Source: Phoronis australis
Taxonomy: Eukaryota > Animalia > Phoronida
Direction: 5' to 3'
DNA: 64,000 bases
NCBI GenBank assembly: GCA_002633005.1
Contig: NMRA01000014.1
Span: forward strand, 25,150 to 89,149
This document shows positions 57,801 to 64,000 of the stretch, in pieces. Below the pieces are notes generated by a model that did no database searches, was not told the DNA's origin, and saw nothing but the letters and a program-made list of their open reading frames with translations. A program made the position numbers and the translations under genes. Position 1 is the first letter of the stretch. Every line of letters begins with the position of its first letter.

Positions 57801-60800
57801 AGTATTGAGTACCTTGTGGTGTACCAACAACATGGCAGGCACAGTTGAATGTGACAACTTCAAGGGCTGTAATTTACAAAACATTCCTTCATTTCTAATA
57901 TCTTTTGGTTTATGAGATTAGGTGTGTGTTATTAACTTCCAACACTAAAGATAATACACTTTAAGACTAAATAATAATATTTCTGTAACATAATGTTACT
58001 CCTTATTTTTCCCATTTCAGATAGCTAACATAAAAAAGACTCTGAAAAACAACCAGTCCCAAGAGAGGGAAGACCACATGGTGTCTGACAGTATGGACAT
58101 AACCAGTGCTCAAGATAAACCAGCTAAAAAGCCGTCTAAAAGCAAAGGGTAATTAACACCAACTGAGATAATTGCACATGCTTATTAAGTTTTGGCAAGA
58201 TATCATTTCAGTTTTCAGTGATTGTCCAGGGTGGGGCATTCGGGCTGTATTTTGTCTATTGTTTTGAACCGTCTCGAACTTTTTACATGTGATTTTGGCA
58301 TCCCTACACTATTTGCCAAATGGTTTGAAAGAACATGAAATTTCAGGGTAATGTTACCATTGACCAGGGCATGACCAACACTGATTTTCTGATGGATCCA
58401 GATATTATTATGCCCCCTAGTGGCAGTTTTATTTTTTGCACCAGCCTCTACATCTACCAAATAAAGTGAAGGGTCATCGGGAAATTTAAGAAATGTGTTT
58501 TTATTGACAAGAGCAGGACTGACATTAGGCTGTTTTAATTTGTTGGGCTCGCCTTATAGTCCTTCTCTCACGCGTTGTTAACCCTTATTACATGGTTAGA
58601 AGATGTTATAAGGATCCAAGAAGTACCTACCCCATAACTAATACACAATCTGTACTCGAAAACAGTTTAAATGAACACGCTACTCACGAAGAAACACCGC
58701 CATTTTGAACTTGCCGCGAACCCGGAAGTACAATTCATTCAGGAACCCAGGCTGAGAAAACGCCGTCAGTGCGACTGGAGCAGTGCCTGTACTGTTACCA
58801 GCCAGCGAACGGGGATAAAAAAATCGACAGCGCACCTTAATTTTGATAAAATCAAACTACGGACAATTTTATGGAATTTGCTGAAGAAATGTGGCGAATA
58901 AATTTTGACAGAAATTATTTTGCCAGACTCGGGACCGCAGCCTATCGGACCCGGTGCAGATCGAGACCAGACACTGGCGAATGGTAAATGCATGCGGTTG
59001 CAAGCTGTTTTGTCGAAGTAAAATGGTCAAATGATAAATGCTGCATATATTCAAAGGTAGTTTCAGACACTTGCATGAAATTACGGGCTGGTTAGTCCTG
59101 TGTCACACTGCTGGCCACAAACACAAAAAACACGAAAATTGAACAAAGTTTCTTTTTTGTAGCAACGTTTGTCAAAATGTATCAACGTTAAATCTTCACA
59201 AATTACAAAGTAGCCGATTGAACATGCCTTTCAGTTCAGCAAAAGTCGACATTGTAGGTGCCGCCAGAAATGAGACGATCGAAGTCCAACGGGAATTGTG
59301 AGCACATTTATCACTTAATGAGTAACAACTGCGAGGCTGAAATTTGGTGAACACTGCTAAATCGTGCAGAATAGTAAGTAAAGATATGTCTAACTAAATT
59401 TTACCGTAATTTGTTGGCGAAAACAATTTACACAAAGTTTTAAACTCGTAACTCATCCCGCTGTCCTCCAATATGGCCGACGCGATCCAAACAAAGTGAC
59501 CCAAATTTCGCCACAAAACTTGCAATAACTTTACAGTGCTTGCCCCGATTTTGATACTTTTTCGATTTTTACTGAGTAGAATGTACTACCTTTCCGATGA
59601 TAGCAAAGTACTTTTTCAAAACGAGGAAAAAAATAAAACCGAAAAAAATTGGTTCGACCCATATTGGTTCCTAGGTTCGACCGGCCTACGTAAGGAACTA
59701 AACACCAATGCTATTTTAACATACTAAGTACGCGTAACATTCCAAAAAAATCAACGACCACTAACTACAAACTATAAATACACTACATATGCAAACGAAT
59801 CACGATATATTACTAATAAAACAAAATAATGAAGACTTTTCGAGCAAGCCATAGCACATTCAGTTACAAGGAAAAAATGGCGGCGTTCAGGACAAGTTCC
59901 TGAACTGATGAGCCGGAAATGTGGGTACGGAAATAACCGATGACAACCTGTAATCATACGCTCAGAGAGAAGGGTCAAATACTGTTAAAAAATTGCTTTT
60001 GGCAAGAAAGGCGAAAAGAATATAAAGAAAGGGTGTCAAAAATACGAATTTATGTAGTAAGTATTTTTGGATACTGGAACCACATGGGCAGTTTGCAAGG
60101 ACTTTAATATCAAGTTTGTTTAAGGATTGTCATCGAGTATCAGGAATGTTTCAAATGTGGAGAGCATGGCTGACATTGATTTTCAGCTGAATCTCACTTC
60201 TGTTAAGCCCTTCAGTGGCACTGTTGTGTCTGCTTCATTATCTACAGCTCTGGAACATTATGGAGTTACGAAGGTGTGTTCCTGCTAACCAGACCATGGC
60301 TCATCTTTACTTTTGGATGGATCGGATTATTACAGTGCCCCCTTGTGGCAGTTTTATCTTTTTGTGACTAAGTCCTACTGTAGGACTTACGACACTTTAA
60401 ATATATCTTTCTATAAAGAAGACTACACCTGCTCGTTTTCACGCGACTCTAGTATGTGTGCCTGCTTCATGCAATTTTAGTGTTTTGTTTTCTGTAACTG
60501 CAAAACGGTCTGCAGAATATTAAGAAAATTTTAGGGTGATGCTTCTGGAAACATGGTTGTAGTTGATTTCCACAACTGCTATGTCCTCAAGATATTTTTT
60601 GCATTTGTTTTAAGATCTACCTACTTGATGAATGATCTGCTAGAAACTTTTGTGAAACGTGATTTTATCAAGTAGAGAAGCACACTTGTCAATTTTTGGA
60701 CAATTTAGAGCTGTGGCGTGCCCCCTAATGGCAATTTCATAAGCTTAGTATTCACTTTTGGTATCTATCTTTCTGACAAAACCCTTGAAGAATTATGACA

Positions 60801-61124
60801 AATGACTTTCTAAGGTGAGTGTAACTGGAATCGATTACTGGATGGCTGTGAGTGCTGCACTGGCATCATTGGCAATTGAATTCTCTTTATGGGAGTCTCA
60901 ATATGTCCCAGAATTTGTTAATCTTCTGATGACTTGCACTGCACCTCAAAGACTCAATTTTAAGTTCACCAAGTGTTGCTTACCCTAAAGCGTATTAATG
61001 TTGAACAGGATAGAAGTTTGATCAACACGTCACCCTCACTCATCCCTGTTCAGCTCAGATTTTACTCGACTCTTTTCATTGCAGCTTACGAGGAAGCGCC
61101 AAGTTCTGGAAGAGTTCATCGTGA
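51835..61124 (+). CDS. COPS7: COP9 signalosome subunit 7 (PCI domain), 266 aa. Join: 51835..51993,53511..53586,54150..54298,54797..54939,56196..56301,58021..58148,61085..61124
   Basis: [108 protein letters not shown], and C-terminal KGLRGSAKFW. Introns are GT-AG and the total is 801 nt. Confidence 0.96.
56894..57718. mobile_element. PIF/Harbinger-like non-autonomous element, about 35-bp TIRs, 3-bp TSD TCA
   Basis: tca|gggctgttccagtaaaatccgtgtgggaggggggg...ccccccctcccatacagattttgctggaacagccc|tca; superfamily inferred from GGG termini and the TNA TSD. Confidence 0.78.
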
Positions 61125-64000
61125 AAGGATGTCCATGTGGCGTGTAGAACGTTTCAAAATGCGATTTCCATTTGTTCAATACCTGTGGGATTAGCCTGCC
61201 AATCATTTCATTGAAGCAACAAAAACATCTTTAAACCAGCACATTGCAGACATTCTGTAGTGACTATGCTGGTAGGCATTTCACCTCACTTGTTCTGGAG
61301 GGATCATGAGGTTTATGTTATGGATCAGGACACGGATGCACTCAAGTCTCAAATAAATAAAATTTGCTCAGAACATAATTATACTTTGTTCCTCATGCAG
61401 AGTGCAGCCTGGCATTCACAAACTAACCGTTGGTTTTCAGTAATTGCTTCCATAAATAAAATATTTCCTATCCTGTTATTGACTGCAACATGTAAAATAA
61501 ACAACATTCACTGTTAAGAAATCATTTTGTATTTGGTTATTTAAGTACCACTGACTTTTGGACCTTCTTATAAAATTGTCTTCACATGATCCAAATTTTT
61601 GTGGCATCATATTCTATTTTTTAATGACCATTTATAATTCAGAAAAGGATTTGTCTCCTCGAGTTCAAGGATGGTAACAAATCTAAGATGTGTCATGGTG
61701 GATTCTGGGAATTCAGCATTCATGAAATGCTGGGTATGGATTGCCATAGTTTGGATGTTTCAAGTCAAGAAATATACTGCAGAGTAACACCGAATGACTC
61801 TGAGGAGCGACCATTGGCAAAATTTTGGTTATATTGATGACTGCAACAACAAAAACGGTGAATGCATTTTTGGCCATAAAACCAACGATGTCCCTTCAAG
61901 TGCAAGTACGGTCCAGGGACGTAATAAATTAAAAATTACTTTAAAAAAATGTCCCTTTTAATCCATGTCGGCATATGTGCTATGTGTATCAAAAGCGAGA
62001 TTTTGACCAATTTAAGATTGTCACTGCTTTCACTATACAGCCACATTACAAGGTTGTTGAGAAGATTGATCTTAATGTATTATGCTTCAACACTACTTGG
62101 GTCCACGTACTATGCAATATAATGGACCACTGCAGTGGCATCGGAAGATTGTGACAAGATACTGCAACAAGTTAAACAAATCTGAAGGGCTCCAGAGATC
62201 CGACTAACAAAAAAGAAAGAAAATAGTTGCCACAGAGCCACCTTGGGTCAGATTTCAGCCAAAAAATAGCCCTTGAAATATTACTCAAGTACATGTTCTG
62301 TAAAAATTTCAAGTCCATCATACAACAAATGCGGCTTGTATCATGTCAACAAAGAAACGAAACAAATTTCTGTGACTACAGTAACACACCTGGTGCTTTT
62401 TTCAACAAGTAATTGACTGTTACATAATGTTACCAAGAAGAAAGTACTAGCAACTGCAAGACAGAGCAACTACTTGTAATTTTAAAATTATTTCTAGTAA
62501 TTTAAAGGACTCTAGTTCACCCAAGGTCTCATGGTTTTGCCAAGCAAAACCTGAGTTTTTAGATTTACAAACAGTTGAATATTGTTCGTGCTTGTTAAAA
62601 TTATTTAAGGAAGTCAGTTTCTGATTTAACAGTGGTATGCACAGGGATATCCTGCTTGAATTCACGATACAGAATGACCCAGAAATACACATACTCAATT
62701 ATTCTAATCTTCAAAAACATTTTTACACTAATCTGTTCAAAAACTGTTTAAATCATTGAGACAAGAGCTCTAGTTGCGCCATTGAGAGCACAAACTACTC
62801 GAGTTATTGTGTCGTTACACAGTGTTCAGGCATAACTATCACCAACAGCTAACCCAGTTTCCAGTCCTTAAACACAAGACGGCCACAATAGTACACACTG
62901 TTATTTCTGGTTTGTGCTATAATTCAAATCCCAAACAGCATGTATCAATCGGTTACCAGTTTCGAAATGTATTGTTAGCAGAGCATGAATTCATTGTAAA
63001 TAGTGCGTGGAAATTTGGTTTGGTGTAGAAGAGCTTTGTTGTGTGGAACAGATCATGATACCCAGGTGGGCAAATTCATGGATTAAAAACACCCAATCCA
63101 TAACCCATAACTTTTTTACAAGAACAATGACTGGTAATTTTTGTTCTGAACACAACCACTAACAATTTTTCATTTCAATTGCCTCAACCCTCTCCAATAG
63201 GTTCTCAGCTGGAAGAGTTTTCATTACAGTGTTGTAAACTTCTAGTATTGAGACAACCTTCAGAGTAAAGTTTATAGACAAAAGTATTAACTGCAAATTT
63301 CTTGCAACGAACAAAACAAGAATAGAACCATAACTTTAAATACTTGCAGATTGTATTCCTCTAGGCAAATGCATCAAAAGGAAAATGAAAGCAGTTTTAT
63401 TGTACAAAATCTCTACTGGCACGAAACAAAACTCATTCTCCGAGGATAATTTTTTGTGAAAAGTTGTATTCCAATGGATAGGATGTTCATCTCTCACAAC
63501 CTGCACAAGATGAATGTATTCCTAACCAGTCAAGACTCCACAGTTCACTTATCACCAGTTACAAGCTCCATCCAGCTGACCAATCACAGTGGAATACACT
63601 TTAACACTTGCACTACACTACGGCTAATTGAAGTGTCACGTGTTAATCACGATATACAATGTGCGATCAGATCTAAGAACTCCACTGACTCAATTCTTTC
63701 ACCCCCATGGGTGCTTTTAGGGGAGTCGCACATTCACTGCCACCCGTAAGGTACTTGCCAGGTCTTGACCTAATTAACCCTAAATTTCACAGGAGATACC
63801 TACAGTTTAATGACATTGTCAGACGACTGTTCTACCAAATCCCGAATGTGAATCAAAATTTTCCAGTTTTTCAGAAGAAATTTCAGTCAATCACTTGTCA
63901 AATTGCGATGCATTTACAATGGCCTCTAAATTGTTCATCATCAAAGTTTGATTGACTGGAATTCAAAACAATTCCGACTAAGAGTTAGTAATGTCAAACA

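Noticed and set aside
63396-64000. Minus-strand AATAAA and possible 3' UTR of a gene beyond the window
   Set aside because: A hexamer alone is insufficient in AT-rich DNA, and no coding exon is visible.

Overview
This is AT-rich, intron-rich eukaryotic DNA from an invertebrate animal; a marine invertebrate is my inference from gene and repeat content, and the taxon cannot be established. I reconstructed three spliced genes by hand, with GT-AG boundaries and consistent phases. (1) A + strand, probably secreted WSC-domain/glycoside hydrolase family 9 fusion (about 5.3-22.5 kb). Its catalytic-base motif DAGD is replaced by TSGG, while the catalytic acid Glu and the reading frame are intact. (2) A - strand phospholipid scramblase (11 coding exons, 351 aa, 28458-40796). 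(3) A + strand COP9 signalosome subunit 7 (7 coding exons, 266 aa, 51835-61124), head-to-head with the scramblase. Introns and intergenic DNA carry many minisatellites, three of them built from splice-site sequence, including 8 tandem copies of one scramblase acceptor. They also carry a family of non-autonomous DNA elements with 5-bp TSDs, a Harbinger-like MITE, a solo LTR, LINE and Penelope relics and tRNA-derived SINE heads. Two duplications joined by a single N look like assembly artefacts. Most ORFs in the supplied track are spurious.
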